This document shows, in pieces, positions 22,541 through 31,349 of a stretch of 40,429 nucleotides of DNA (positions within the stretch are counted from its first letter, which is position 1; each line of letters opens with the position of its first letter). Under the pieces are notes generated by a model. The model saw only the letters and a program-made list of their open reading frames with translations. It did no database searches and was not told the origin of the DNA. Source of the stretch: a virus. Taxonomy: Duplodnaviria > Heunggongvirae > Uroviricota > Caudoviricetes. The stretch lies in the IMG/VR virus record IMGVR_UViG_2529293138_000011, positions 1 through 40,429 of that record, one strand, 5' to 3'. A program made the position numbers and the translations under genes.

Positions 22541-22598
22541 ATAAAAAATCCCGAAACCGTTATGCAGGCTCTAATATTACCTGCGAACTGTTTCGGGA
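22541..22598 (-). terminator. Lambda-type tR' terminator (3' end of the 6S-like late leader)
   Basis: The minus strand reads ...CCTGCATAACGGTTTCGGGATTTTTTATATCTG, matching lambda tR' as recalled. Flanking sequence up to S is collinear with lambda. Confidence 0.75.
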
Positions 22599-22730
22599 TT
22601 GCATTTTGCAGACCTCTCAGCCTGCGATGGTTGGAGTTCCAGACGATACGTCGAAGTGACCAACTAGGCGGAATCGGTAGTAAGCGCCGCCTCTTTTTAT
22701 CTCACTACCACAACGAGCGAATTAACCCAT

Positions 22731-23222
22731 CTATCCCATACTGGAGAATTCACCATGATATTTTATCCTGGCATTTTCCATTGCCTTTCTAGCCTCCTCG
22801 ATATCGTCAAAACACCCTACATGAATCCTTTTACCATTAACTCTAATTCTTCCAACCCACTTGTTTGCAGCAGAATTAAAAGTCACCCCCTTCACACCAG
22901 ATGAATTGTTTTTCCTCATCTTGCTGTTCCATGAGTTTTGAGTGTTAGTAACAACACGAAGATTGGCTATCCGGTTATCAGACCTATCACCATTAATATG
23001 GTCAATAACATCGGTTGGCCAATCATTGTAAACCATCAGCCATGCAATTCTATGGACATATAGCCGCATTCCATAAAGTTTTACCTGCAGATATCCATTT
23101 GTTTTATAGCCAACAACAGCACCATAGATAAATCTAGAGGACCGAGGTGGATTCTTCCATGTAAGAATTCCAGTATCTGGATTGTAATTAAAAAGTCTCA
23201 ATGCATCTTCACGTTTTAACAT
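22731..23222 (-). CDS. HNH homing endonuclease with AP2-like DNA-binding domain (moron inside the late leader)
   Basis: 163 aa. HNH motif DHINGDRSDNRIANLRVVTNTQN and an AP2-like segment GVKGVTFNSAANKWVGRIRVNGKRIHVGCFDDIEEARKAMENA. AT-rich. The stop lies immediately 5' of the lambda-homologous ATGGGTTAATTCGCTCG segment. Confidence 0.8.
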   Translation of the reverse strand: MLKREDALRLFNYNPDTGILTWKNPPRSSRFIYGAVVGYKTNGYLQVKLYGMRLYVHRIAWLMVYNDWPTDVIDHINGDRSDNRIANLRVVTNTQNSWNSKMRKNNSSGVKGVTFNSAANKWVGRIRVNGKRIHVGCFDDIEEARKAMENARIKYHGEFSSMG

Positions 23223-23414
23223 AGGCGAACCACATAGATATTAGAGCCTGCTGACATAGAAATATCACCACGAGAGAAGTCGCCAAAAGCGATATTTCTC
23301 AGGCTCTATTCCTATGTGCTCTCGAGTTTATGATGCGCATGTCAGTGCGCTTAGAACTTAAAGATGAGGTGGGTAAAAGCTGAAAGAATGTGAACGGATA
23401 TAAATCTGCCATTC

Positions 23415-23451
23415 TTTGGTCAAATTTACCCAACTTTATTCAAAAAGTCAA
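23415..23451 (-). promoter_or_regulatory. Late promoter pR' with Q-binding element (qut)
   Basis: The minus strand reads TTGACTTTTTGAATAAAGTTGGGTAAATTTGACCAAAGAATGG, near-identical to lambda pR' (-35 TTGACT, 17-bp spacer carrying the Q-binding element, -10 TAAATT), about 45 bp downstream of the Q stop. Confidence 0.75.
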
Positions 23452-23493
23452 TATCATGCCGTTAATATGTTGCCATCCGTGGCAATCATGCTG

Positions 23494-24117
23494 CTAACGT
23501 GTGACCGCATTCAAAATATTGTCTGCGATTGACTCTTCCTTGTGGCATTGCACCACCAGAGCGTCATACAGCGGCTTAACAGTGCGTGACCAGGTGGGTT
23601 GGGTAAGGTTTGGGATTAGCATCGTTACAGCGCGATATGCGGCGCTTGCTGGCATCCTGGAATAGCCGACGCCTTTGCATCTTCCGCACTCTTTCTCGAC
23701 AACTCTCCCCCACTGCTCTGTTTTGGCAATATCAACGGCCCGGCCAGTACCGTGGCAATCTCTGCATCTTGCGCCCGGTGTCGCGGCACTACGGCAATAA
23801 TCCGCATAAGCGAATGTTGCGAGCACTTGCAGCACCTTTGCCTTAGTATTTCCTTCGAGCTTTGCCACACCACGGTATTTCCCCGATACCTTGTGTGCAA
23901 ATTGCATCAGATAGTTGATAGCCTTTTGTTTGTCGTTCTGGCTGAGTTCATGCTTACCGCAGAATGCAGCCATTCCGAATCCGGCTTGTGATTGCGCCAT
24001 CCCCATAGCAGCCATCACATCAGTACCGGAAAGAGAGTCAGAAGCCGTGGCCCGTGGTGAGTCGCTCATCATCGGGCTTTTTGGCGAATGAAATTTAGCT
24101 ACGCTTTCGAGTCTCAT
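23494..24117 (-). CDS. Q: Late antiterminator Q (lambda type)
   Basis: 207 aa MRLESVAKFHSPKSPMMSDSPRATASDSLSGTDVMAAMGMAQSQAGFGMAAFCGKHELSQNDKQKAINYLMQF, essentially lambda Q. Confidence 0.95.
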   Translation of the reverse strand: MRLESVAKFHSPKSPMMSDSPRATASDSLSGTDVMAAMGMAQSQAGFGMAAFCGKHELSQNDKQKAINYLMQFAHKVSGKYRGVAKLEGNTKAKVLQVLATFAYADYCRSAATPGARCRDCHGTGRAVDIAKTEQWGRVVEKECGRCKGVGYSRMPASAAYRAVTMLIPNLTQPTWSRTVKPLYDALVVQCHKEESIADNILNAVTR

Positions 24118-24302
24118 CGTCTTCCCCTCTTGCCCTGTTTGACCATCAGGACGCCGTTAACTATTACGTGACGTTCGCCTTTGCTGTCTCGGTTGTACTT
24201 GAGCACCGTTCCTCTTGCGCAGGAAAGCATCCTCGCCACTTCGGTCTGATTGCCTCGTGTCTGGATAAGAAGCTCTGGTATCGTTTGAATTGTGGCGTTC
24301 AT
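24114..24302 (-). CDS. ninH: NinH-like small DNA-binding protein
   Basis: 62 aa. TIPELLIQTRGNQTEVARMLSCARGTVLKY resembles lambda NinH. Overlaps the Q start. Confidence 0.7.
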   Translation of the reverse strand: MNATIQTIPELLIQTRGNQTEVARMLSCARGTVLKYNRDSKGERHVIVNGVLMVKQGKRGRR

Positions 24303-24661
24303 ACGTTCTCCAGTTCGGTGATTTTTATTCCAAGCCTTCCGCCTGGTACTTTCACACCACGAATTACGCGAATGTCATCGAATTGCTCGTCGTCTTCCGC
24401 AAATCCGGCGTGGATAAGGGAGTCGAGTAAACCCTTCAGGATGTTATCGAGGTCGCGGCGGCGGGAGTCTGGAACGTCTGCGATGACTTTGATGCGGAGT
24501 CGTGATTTGGTGAAAATGTCTAACTTAAGTTGGCGGATGATTTGCTGAACGTCTTTTCGGTATTTCTGGCCTTTATCGCTGATGTAGTATTGGCTTCCCC
24601 GTCTTCGCCAGTAGGTGTTCACCGACGGCGGGTAAGGAAGCACAAACTGATATTCGTTCAT
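24299..24661 (-). CDS. rusA: Holliday junction resolvase RusA
   Basis: 120 aa. LPYPPSVNTYW...DSRRRDLDNILKGLLDSL...GGRLGIKITELE is the RusA pattern with catalytic Asp residues. Confidence 0.85.
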   Translation of the reverse strand: MNEYQFVLPYPPSVNTYWRRRGSQYYISDKGQKYRKDVQQIIRQLKLDIFTKSRLRIKVIADVPDSRRRDLDNILKGLLDSLIHAGFAEDDEQFDDIRVIRGVKVPGGRLGIKITELENV

Positions 24662-24948
24662 GGCTTAATCTTCCCCTCCTTCAGCAGTATCGCCTGCGTC
24701 CTGATCACGCCTTCGAGGTGGTAAAGTCTGGCGTCTTTGTTGTCGAGATTATGGGTGCGTCGGTCGATTTCATCGTGACACGCGCTACAAGCCCATGCGC
24801 CAATCAGGTCGTCAGGTTTCATTCCCGTTCCGCAAATTCCAGCCATCCGGTAATGTGCCAGAACTGTAGTTTCAGGATTGCCATTGCATACGCCGTAAAT
24901 ACGTACCTGGCATTCTCTGCCGCGTGCTTCTTTGCGTAGGTTAGCCAT
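24658..24948 (-). CDS. ybcO: YbcO-like nin-region protein (DUF1364)
   Basis: 96 aa MANLRKEARGRECQVRIYGVCNGNPETTVLAHYRMAGICGTGMKPDDLIGAWACSACHDEIDRRTH, resembles DLP12 YbcO. Confidence 0.75.
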   Translation of the reverse strand: MANLRKEARGRECQVRIYGVCNGNPETTVLAHYRMAGICGTGMKPDDLIGAWACSACHDEIDRRTHNLDNKDARLYHLEGVIRTQAILLKEGKIKP

Positions 24949-25670
24949 TAAGCAGCCTCCCCTGTTACTTTCAGCATTCCGTTATCGAGCAGCTTTCTGG
25001 TCAGCCACTGTTGACCACGCCCGGTGATTTTTGTGGTGAACGATATCTGTATTCCGTGATTTGTGTTGACCGCTGTTTCTTTCACTGTGAAATAGCCGCG
25101 ATCCATATATTCCTGCATTGGCACATTGCTCCGGGAACCTGAAGCAATAAGGATTTTGTGATCGCGCATCCACGCAAACAGTTTGTTTGGACCAATACCA
25201 ACAACCTTTGCATAGTTTCCAATCAAAATTCCGCTGGCCTCGCCAACGCGATCGGCAAACTCAACTTTAGGTGCGGCAATTGCGAGCTGGTTTTCCAGTT
25301 GCATTTTCTGCTCAGCAAGATCAGCAGCAAGGCGCAACGCTTCTGGTAGCGTTTTTGGGATATTAACCGCAGCTTCTTCAAGCTCTCGCCAACGGTCAAC
25401 AAGACGAGCGGTGAATTCCGGCGACAACTGGGCAACGACAATAATGCTGTCGCGCTTACCTTGTTCGCCTTCGAAGACGTAAGCCTCGACACTACGGCGC
25501 AGTCCTAAGTTATTGATTTTTTCGAAAACCTGCAATGCAGGAAGTTGAATAACTCCAGATTTAGCCAGGCGCTCTATTGATATTTTTACGTTATCTGGAC
25601 GACTTCCCACCAACTCAGCGATTTCAATGCTTGTCATTTTGATGGCATTGCCATTTATTAACTCATTCAT
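24948..25670 (-). CDS. Rha/KilAC-domain antirepressor-like regulatory protein (nin region)
   Basis: 240 aa. N-terminal Rha-like region MTSIEIAELVGSRPDNVKISIERL and C-terminal KilAC-like region GNYAKVVGIGPNKLFAWMRDHKIL...YFTVKE. Confidence 0.7.
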   Translation of the reverse strand: MNELINGNAIKMTSIEIAELVGSRPDNVKISIERLAKSGVIQLPALQVFEKINNLGLRRSVEAYVFEGEQGKRDSIIVVAQLSPEFTARLVDRWRELEEAAVNIPKTLPEALRLAADLAEQKMQLENQLAIAAPKVEFADRVGEASGILIGNYAKVVGIGPNKLFAWMRDHKILIASGSRSNVPMQEYMDRGYFTVKETAVNTNHGIQISFTTKITGRGQQWLTRKLLDNGMLKVTGEAA

Positions 25671-25839
25671 CGTCTTCTTCCTCGTACATTGAGCTATTCG
25701 GATCGCTCATCAGTTCTGCATAGCAGTGCTCACACACGTGAACTTCCAGCACATGCAGCGTCTGACCGCAGTTAGCGCACGTTAAAGCCCGCTCGACGCT
25801 TTCTTTCTGGTATTGAATGGATTGGGATGGGCTAAGCAT
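25663..25839 (-). CDS. ninF: NinF-like protein
   Basis: Not in the ORF track (below 60 aa). My translation: [58 protein letters not shown], similar to lambda NinF. Stop overlaps the downstream start (ATGAATGA). Confidence 0.65.
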   Translation of the reverse strand: MLSPSQSIQYQKESVERALTCANCGQTLHVLEVHVCEHCYAELMSDPNSSMYEEEDDE

Positions 25840-26204
25840 TATTGGATTCTCTGCATCATGAGAAAGACAATCATGGCGGCGCGGAGGGGATTTTCATGTA
25901 TAGCTCGCTTAGATTTACAGTAGGCCACACCACGTGCACCCCACTCGTCTTCATCGAGATTGATAATGCTAATCCTGTATTTTTCAATAATCGGCCATGC
26001 GTCTGCTGGGTTTGCGCATGGGTTAAAGGATCCGCGCTCAACCTCTACTTCAACTGCGTCTCCGTTTACAATGTCTCCCTCAAATGAGACAAACACCATA
26101 TCGCCATTCTCACCTTCTTTGTAATCCGGTGATCCGTTATGAATGGCTTCGAATACCGCCACGTTAATTTCAAAATCACTTAACTGTGAATAATCCATTG
26201 TCAT
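25839..26204 (-). CDS. Hypothetical nin-region protein
   Basis: Start ATG overlaps the ninE stop (ATGA coupling): [24 protein letters not shown].... Acidic protein, no recognisable domain. Confidence 0.6.
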   Translation of the reverse strand: MTMDYSQLSDFEINVAVFEAIHNGSPDYKEGENGDMVFVSFEGDIVNGDAVEVEVERGSFNPCANPADAWPIIEKYRISIINLDEDEWGARGVAYCKSKRAIHENPLRAAMIVFLMMQRIQ

Positions 26205-26377
26205 TTCCTCGCACGATGTCTTAGCCACCGGATATCCCACAGGTGAGCCGTGTAGTTGAAGGTTTTTACGTCAGATTCTTTTGGGATTGGCTTGCGTTTA
26301 TTTCTGGAGCGTTTCGTTGGAAGGTATTTGCAGTTTTCGCAGATTATGTCGGTGATACTTCGTCGCTGTCGTCTCAT
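26201..26377 (-). CDS. ninE: NinE
   Basis: From the internal Met, [58 protein letters not shown] is near-identical to lambda NinE. Confidence 0.85.
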   Translation of the reverse strand: MRRQRRSITDIICENCKYLPTKRSRNKRKPIPKESDVKTFNYTAHLWDIRWLRHRARK

Positions 26378-26814
26378 GCCGCCCTGTCTCCCCATCGCGC
26401 TTTCCACTCCAGAGCCAGTCGCGCTTCGTCTGACCACTTAACGCCACGCTCTGTACCGAATGCCTGTATAAGCTCTAATAGCTCCGCAAATTCGCTTACA
26501 CGCATCCTGCTGGTTGACTGGCCTATTACCACAAAGCCATTCCCGGCAAGGTTAGGAACAACGTCCTGCTGCTTTAATGCTGCTGTAAAAACGCACTTCC
26601 AGCTTTCTGCATCCAGCCAGCGACCATGCCATTCAACCTGACGAGAGACGTCACCAAGGCAAGCCCAAAGCTTTCGATTCTGGTCTAAGCTGCGGTTGCG
26701 TTCCTGAATGGTTACTACGATTGGTTTGGTTGGGTCTGGAAGGATTTGCTGTACTGCGTGAATAGCGTTTTGCTGATGTGCTGGAGATCGAATTTCAAAG
26801 GTTAGTTTTTTCAT
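26374..26814 (-). CDS. ninB: Recombination protein NinB
   Basis: 146 aa [56 protein letters not shown], essentially lambda NinB. Confidence 0.95.
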   Translation of the reverse strand: MKKLTFEIRSPAHQQNAIHAVQQILPDPTKPIVVTIQERNRSLDQNRKLWACLGDVSRQVEWHGRWLDAESWKCVFTAALKQQDVVPNLAGNGFVVIGQSTSRMRVSEFAELLELIQAFGTERGVKWSDEARLALEWKARWGDRAA

Positions 26815-26890
26815 GACTCCCTCTCCCCCAAATAAAAAGACCTGCGATTACCAGCAGGCCTGTTATTAGCTCAGTGATGTAGATGGTCAT
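26795..26890 (-). CDS. Possible 31-aa hydrophobic micro-protein translationally coupled between the primase-helicase and ninB
   Basis: Hand translation: [31 protein letters not shown]. The ATG directly follows the primase-helicase stop (TAAATG) and the 3' end overlaps the ninB start. Single predicted TM helix. Confidence 0.3.
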   Translation of the reverse strand: MTIYITELITGLLVIAGLFIWGRGSHEKTNL

Positions 26891-28771
26891 TTAATACTCC
26901 GTCACGTTTTCCTGTCGCCACGCCTCGTCATATTCCGATTTCGGCATATTGGCGATGTAGCTATATGGCGATCCTGATTCAAGTTGCAGGAACTGGTGCG
27001 ATTGCTCGTCAAGGAACAACGGGACACCACCTTCCCAACCTTCGCCGTTACGTTGTTTTTCAAGCATCAAAACAGATGCAGGAGACGCCAGTAGCTGTTC
27101 GTCCTTCTCTGACATCTTTTCACCACTCTGAACTCTCTGTAACGCTCTCTCGCGAGCCTTGTTACGCCAGATGATAAAAAGGTTGTCTGTCAGGTCTGTT
27201 ATCGCTCCAGAGCCTTTTACGTCCATTTTCCCGGTTGGTTTTTCTTCGCTGTCTCCTTTTCGCGAGTGAGTAACGAGAATGACGTGGGAGTTTGTTTTGT
27301 TTTTGAAGTCGCAAATCGAGTCAACAAACGCCTTCTGCCCGTTATAGTCATCGTCGCCTATGCCACATTTCATCAGGCTGTCGATGATGAATAACTGGAT
27401 GCCGTATCGGCGGCGAGCGTAGTCGAATATTTCGATCAGCCTGTCGGCTTTCGCCGTTCCGGTCAGGCCAAACACCCAAAGTCTTTCGTCATAGAATTTA
27501 AATGCAGAGTCAATTTCAAGCACTGGCGGCATCTTGCAGCACGTCGCCTGACGGGTAAGGCGCTTAAGGAGAATACCAGGCTTCAGCTCAAGTGACGCGA
27601 TGCACGTCTTCACACCCTGACGCATTGCCTCAAGTGCCATATGCCCGACAACCTCCGTTTTTCCGTGACCGTTCACCCCATTGACCAGCGTCAACTCTGC
27701 CTCACGGAACTGGAATTTATCTGCCAGAGATTCCCACGGTGGATTAAACAGATACTGCTGCTTGCCATAGAAAGCGTTGATAGTGTCCTGGTAAAACTCG
27801 CGCGCGCTGTAGAGTTCTTCAGGATCGAAGTAGGATGCCGTGCCGATGTACTGCCAGATTTCATCCTCGGTAACACCGTTCATCAGGCATTCGTTGATGT
27901 CTTTGTACGGCAGAGTAACAAGACGGCAACGATGTTCACCGAGTCGGCTTGCGATTTCCCTTGCGGCTTCACGACCAACATCGTCAACGTCCATCGAGAT
28001 GAATATTTCCTCAAACCTGTCGAGGTTGTGATACTCAAACTCAATCCACTGTTGCTTAGCGCCTTTCCCGCCACCAAACGGCACGGATAACGCCGAGATG
28101 CCGTATTGCGCATAGCTCATACAATCAATTTCGCCTTCGCAAAGTACAACCGCCCTCACGCCAGCGTCCAGAGCCTGCCATCCGAACAGACAAGGTTCGC
28201 AATCACCTTCTGCCATAATGACTTTCTTCCCGTCCGGGCGCTCAGTGCTGATTCGCTTGACCTGCAACAACTCACCATCGCGTTTATACGGAAGCACCAG
28301 AGCATCCAGTTCTCGTTCTCCATTCCACACCTTGCCGCTGACAACCTCGTAGCGCTTTACGACTTCTGGCGATATGCCCCGCGATTGCAGGTACTCAAGA
28401 TGGGATTCTGTTCTGGTAACGTAGCGGGCGATTTTCTTGCGGTCAGGTCTGGAGAATTTCTTCTCACGTTTGGCATCGAAATGGTGATCGTCATCCTTGA
28501 TTCCGAGAAAGGCTTTCGCTTCCTGCATAGCCTGATGCAGGTTAATTCCACGACATGCCATCCACAAATCAAGCATGTCACCGCCGTCTCCCTCAGCGAA
28601 ATCAGCCCATTTTTTCTTGCCGCTAAGGTTGACCTTAAGGCTGTTTCCCTTGTCACCGTTGACGTTACCGGCAACCCACTCATGCCCCTCTTTCTTGCCG
28701 TTTGGCAACAGGTGCGGAGCCACCCTGTCAACCTGCGCCCAAAGCAGGTCACTGAGTTCACTTGGAGTCAT
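26891..28771 (-). CDS. Bifunctional DNA primase-helicase (Toprim primase N-terminal domain fused to DnaB-like P-loop helicase)
   Basis: 626 aa. Zinc-binding/Toprim-like features (CEGEIDCMSY, acidic DVDD) then Walker A GVNGHGKT and Walker B-like FIIDSL. Replaces a lambda P/DnaB-loader type module. Confidence 0.75.
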   Translation of the reverse strand: MTPSELSDLLWAQVDRVAPHLLPNGKKEGHEWVAGNVNGDKGNSLKVNLSGKKKWADFAEGDGGDMLDLWMACRGINLHQAMQEAKAFLGIKDDDHHFDAKREKKFSRPDRKKIARYVTRTESHLEYLQSRGISPEVVKRYEVVSGKVWNGERELDALVLPYKRDGELLQVKRISTERPDGKKVIMAEGDCEPCLFGWQALDAGVRAVVLCEGEIDCMSYAQYGISALSVPFGGGKGAKQQWIEFEYHNLDRFEEIFISMDVDDVGREAAREIASRLGEHRCRLVTLPYKDINECLMNGVTEDEIWQYIGTASYFDPEELYSAREFYQDTINAFYGKQQYLFNPPWESLADKFQFREAELTLVNGVNGHGKTEVVGHMALEAMRQGVKTCIASLELKPGILLKRLTRQATCCKMPPVLEIDSAFKFYDERLWVFGLTGTAKADRLIEIFDYARRRYGIQLFIIDSLMKCGIGDDDYNGQKAFVDSICDFKNKTNSHVILVTHSRKGDSEEKPTGKMDVKGSGAITDLTDNLFIIWRNKARERALQRVQSGEKMSEKDEQLLASPASVLMLEKQRNGEGWEGGVPLFLDEQSHQFLQLESGSPYSYIANMPKSEYDEAWRQENVTEY

Positions 28772-28875
28772 GATTCCCTCAGATTGAGATTTTTAAACCA
28801 GAAATCGACAAACGAAATACTTAACCAGCCGTGGTTATAACCAGCGACCAGTAGCGATTTGATTTTTGATTTCAT
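28768..28875 (-). CDS. Possible 35-aa ORF coupled between the initiator and primase-helicase genes
   Basis: Hand translation: MKSKIKSLLVAGYNHGWLSISFVDFWFKNLNLRES. RBS AGGTGA; the stop overlaps the primase-helicase start (ATGA). Confidence 0.3.
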   Translation of the reverse strand: MKSKIKSLLVAGYNHGWLSISFVDFWFKNLNLRES

Positions 28876-28878
28876 GGT

Positions 28879-29739
28879 TCACCTGTCGAAAAACACGTAG
28901 CCAGTTTTCGATACGGTGATTGCGGATGATGGTTTGGATTGTGGTTGAATAGTTTCTGGCTTCTCGTCGTTCCAGCGCTGACCGTTCAGGTAGCTCGATG
29001 GTAACAACCTGTCGAATCCGAACTGCTTACCATTCCTGCATGCGATGTCTTCTGCCAGCATCGTGGCAAACTCGCTTGCCGTACCCCTGGTAGTTTTACG
29101 CCATTCCCTGAACTGTGTTCTGAATGCCGAAGCTGCGTTTTTCTTCCCGGCTTTCCGCATGCCTGCACACCAGAATATTTCCTCGAATGCCTTGTCGGTT
29201 TCTTCGTGACGGTCAGGTGATTTTTCACACTCCGTCCGAACACTTTCGGACATAGTGTTTTTATTATTTCTTTTTTCTTTTGTAATAGTTTCTTTTGTGT
29301 GTCCCTGTTTTGGTGACAGCGCTGTCACCGTTTTGGTGACACTTTTTGTCACCAATGCAGTGACATTATCACCAGAGTAGTGACACCCTTCGATTTGCCA
29401 TTCCTCGATGTTCTTGTTAGGCCCGATTTGCTGGCCTTCGCGAAGGATAACCTTCATCGCGATAAGCTCATTCTTGGCCTTGTTTACCTTCTGTCTTGGC
29501 AGCCTGGTAATTTGAGCTAACTGACTATCAGAGATGCGATCCATCTTTTTACCGTAGCCGTATGTTTTACGGCATATGGCGTGGGCAACCTTGCTCTGAT
29601 TTTTCGTTAAATCTGCGCCGATAAGCTCTTCATACAGGGCATTTGCAAGACGGGTATAACCATCTTCAACTTCTGCCACACGACGCTCCACAGGCCGTTG
29701 TGAAGGCCTTAAATGTGTTACGGTTGCAAGATTACTCAT
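28879..29739 (-). CDS. Replication initiator (lambda O-like N-terminal domain) containing the origin iterons
   Basis: 286 aa with an O-like N-terminus ([14 protein letters not shown]...). The internal [19 protein letters not shown] segment is encoded by GTGACA-type iterons. Confidence 0.75.
   Translation of the reverse strand: MSNLATVTHLRPSQRPVERRVAEVEDGYTRLANALYEELIGADLTKNQSKVAHAICRKTYGYGKKMDRISDSQLAQITRLPRQKVNKAKNELIAMKVILREGQQIGPNKNIEEWQIEGCHYSGDNVTALVTKSVTKTVTALSPKQGHTKETITKEKRNNKNTMSESVRTECEKSPDRHEETDKAFEEIFWCAGMRKAGKKNAASAFRTQFREWRKTTRGTASEFATMLAEDIACRNGKQFGFDRLLPSSYLNGQRWNDEKPETIQPQSKPSSAITVSKTGYVFFDR
29250..29390. other. Putative origin of replication: inverted-repeat iterons (GGTGACA...TGTCACC) plus adjacent AT-rich tract inside the initiator gene
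   Basis: TTGGTGACAGCGCTGTCACCG, TTTTGGTGACACTTTTTGTCACCAA, GCAGTGACATTATCACCAG, AGTAGTGACACCC; flanked by ttttattatttcttttttcttttgtaatagtttcttttgtg. Confidence 0.65.
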
Positions 29740-29878
29740 GACCTTTCTCCTTCTGCATCAGCTTCACTTTTTCCAACTCAGCCCGGAATCGACCAGGCTG
29801 CTTGAAGCTGGACAGGAAGCGATCACGTAGTATGTGTTTGTGAATTTTGTCCTGGTAAGGACTGAGTTGTTTTGTCAT
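29732..29878 (-). CDS. Small basic protein between cII and the initiator gene (48 aa)
   Basis: Hand translation: [56 protein letters not shown] 6 nt upstream; stop overlaps the initiator start. Confidence 0.45.
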   Translation of the reverse strand: MTKQLSPYQDKIHKHILRDRFLSSFKQPGRFRAELEKVKLMQKEKGHE

Positions 29879-29910
29879 AATGACTCCTGTTGATAGATCC
29901 AGTAACGACC

Positions 29911-30204
29911 TCAGAACTCCATCTGGATTTGTTCAGAACGCTCGGTTGCCGCCGGGCGTTTTTTATTGGTGAGAATCGAAGCAACTTGTCGTGCCAATCG
30001 AGCCATATCGTCGTCAACGACGCCCCATTCAAGAACAGCAAGCAGCATTGAGAACTTTGGAATCCAATCCCTCTTCCACCTGCTGATCTGCGACTTATCA
30101 ACTCCCACAGCTTCCGCTGTCTTCTCAGTTCCAAGCATTGCGATTTTGTTAAGCAACGCACTCTCGATTCGTAGAGCCTCGTTGCGTTTGTTTGCACGAA
30201 CCAT
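29911..30204 (-). CDS. cII: Transcriptional activator CII
   Basis: From the internal Met, [75 protein letters not shown] is essentially lambda CII (97 aa). The lambda-like TAAGGAAATACTTACATATG leader is present. Confidence 0.9.
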   Translation of the reverse strand: MVRANKRNEALRIESALLNKIAMLGTEKTAEAVGVDKSQISRWKRDWIPKFSMLLAVLEWGVVDDDMARLARQVASILTNKKRPAATERSEQIQMEF

Positions 30205-30262
30205 ATGTAAGTATTTCCTTAACAAATAAGAAGTTATGCGCATCAACTTATGCGCGTTGTAT

Positions 30263-30306
30263 TCCCGCATTTCGGCGGGAATGAGGACCATGACTGTTAA
30301 AGAGCG
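30263..30306 (-). promoter_or_regulatory. nutR (boxA and boxB hairpin) downstream of cro
   Basis: On the minus strand: boxA CGCTCTTTAACAG, then boxB hairpin TCCCGC-CGAAAT-GCGGGA. The same boxB sequence occurs at nutL. Confidence 0.65.
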
Positions 30307-30312
30307 GTGTTA

Positions 30313-30507
30313 CTATTTGTTTTTCTTGTTGCTTGGGAAAGGACGAACTTCCTCTCCAATCACACTGCCATCAGGCTTTACCGTAACCATAATGTTACGG
30401 CCTGCCAGAATGGCCTTGCTGATAGCGCACTGGATTACACCAAAGTCACTGGCTGCTTTAGCCTGTCCATGGATTTTGGCGTAATCGGCAAGTGTCATTC
30501 GAATCAT
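30313..30507 (-). CDS. cro: Cro repressor
   Basis: [62 protein letters not shown] is collinear with lambda Cro (C-terminal PFPSNKK). Start chosen at the ATG with a GGAG RBS; the track ORF begins 2 codons upstream at a GTG. Confidence 0.8.
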   Translation of the reverse strand: MIRMTLADYAKIHGQAKAASDFGVIQCAISKAILAGRNIMVTVKPDGSVIGEEVRPFPSNKKNK

Positions 30508-30538
30508 ATGCACTCTCCGTTATTAACCATGAACAAAG

Positions 30539-30578
30539 AATACTACAGGTATTCAAAGCAATCAATACTCAGGGTATT
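30539..30578. promoter_or_regulatory. OR operators and pR/pRM region
   Basis: Two 15-bp palindromes, AATACTACAGGTATT and AATACTCAGGGTATT, between divergent cro and cI. Confidence 0.65.
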
Positions 30579-30613
30579 TTTAGTTTAAGTACCTTAGCTA
30601 TTAGAATTAAGCT

Positions 30614-31330
30614 ATGGAAAATAAAAAATCACTGACGACAGAACAGCTCGAAGACGCTAAGCGGCTTAAGGCTTTGTATGAGTCAAAAAAGAAAGAATTG
30701 GGAATAACCCAATACTCAATCGCTGATGAACTGGGTATCACCCAAGGAGCGGTAGGGCATTATCTTAATGGCAGAAACGCGCTAAACGTTGAGGTCGCAT
30801 CTGGTTTTGCACGTTTGTTGCAAGTCTCAATTGCTGATTTTAGCCAGTCAATTGCTGCCAAGGTTGCAGAACAGGCAGAAAGCCTTAAGAGCGATGCCAA
30901 CGTAAGGTATGCAGGGGAATACAGAGCAGGAAAGAGGTATCCGGTGTTAAGCAGTATCCAGGCTGGCTCGTGGTGTGAAGCATGCGAACCATACACCATT
31001 AAAGACATAGATGTTTGGCTTGAGTCTGACGCGCATATTCAAGGCAATGCGTTCTGGCTTAAAGTGGAAGGTGATTCAATGACGGCACCGGTTGGGTTAA
31101 GCATTCCAGAGGGAACATTCGTTCTTTTCGATACCGGAAGGGAGGCGATCAACGGCAGCCTGGTCATAGCAAAACTTTCTGACTCTAACGAAGCAACATT
31201 CAAGAAGCTGATAATCGACGGCGGAAATAAATACCTCAAGGGACTTAACCCTGCATGGCCTCTCGTGCCAATCAATGGAAACTGCAAGATTATAGGCGTT
31301 GCAATTGAGACAAAACTAAGGCTGGTTTGA
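30614..31330 (+). CDS. cI: CI repressor (HTH plus LexA/S24-type autocleavage domain)
   Basis: 238 aa. N-terminal HTH (ITQYSIADELGITQGAVGHYLNG) and C-terminal domain resembling lambda CI (FWLKVEGDSMTAP...FKKLIIDGGNKYLKGLNPAWP). Divergent from cro. Confidence 0.85.
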   Translation: MENKKSLTTEQLEDAKRLKALYESKKKELGITQYSIADELGITQGAVGHYLNGRNALNVEVASGFARLLQVSIADFSQSIAAKVAEQAESLKSDANVRYAGEYRAGKRYPVLSSIQAGSWCEACEPYTIKDIDVWLESDAHIQGNAFWLKVEGDSMTAPVGLSIPEGTFVLFDTGREAINGSLVIAKLSDSNEATFKKLIIDGGNKYLKGLNPAWPLVPINGNCKIIGVAIETKLRLV

Positions 31331-31349
31331 TCACGCAAGGGGGACGCTT

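Noticed and set aside
22700-22760. Initial impression that the HNH insertion had deleted the lambda-type late promoter
   Set aside because: A near-identical pR' with Q-binding spacer is present upstream of the HNH gene at 23415..23451, so the promoter is retained and the insertion lies downstream of it.
29823-30197. 124-aa minus-strand ORF overlapping cII
   Set aside because: Alternative frame of the cII region; cII itself is clearly recognisable.
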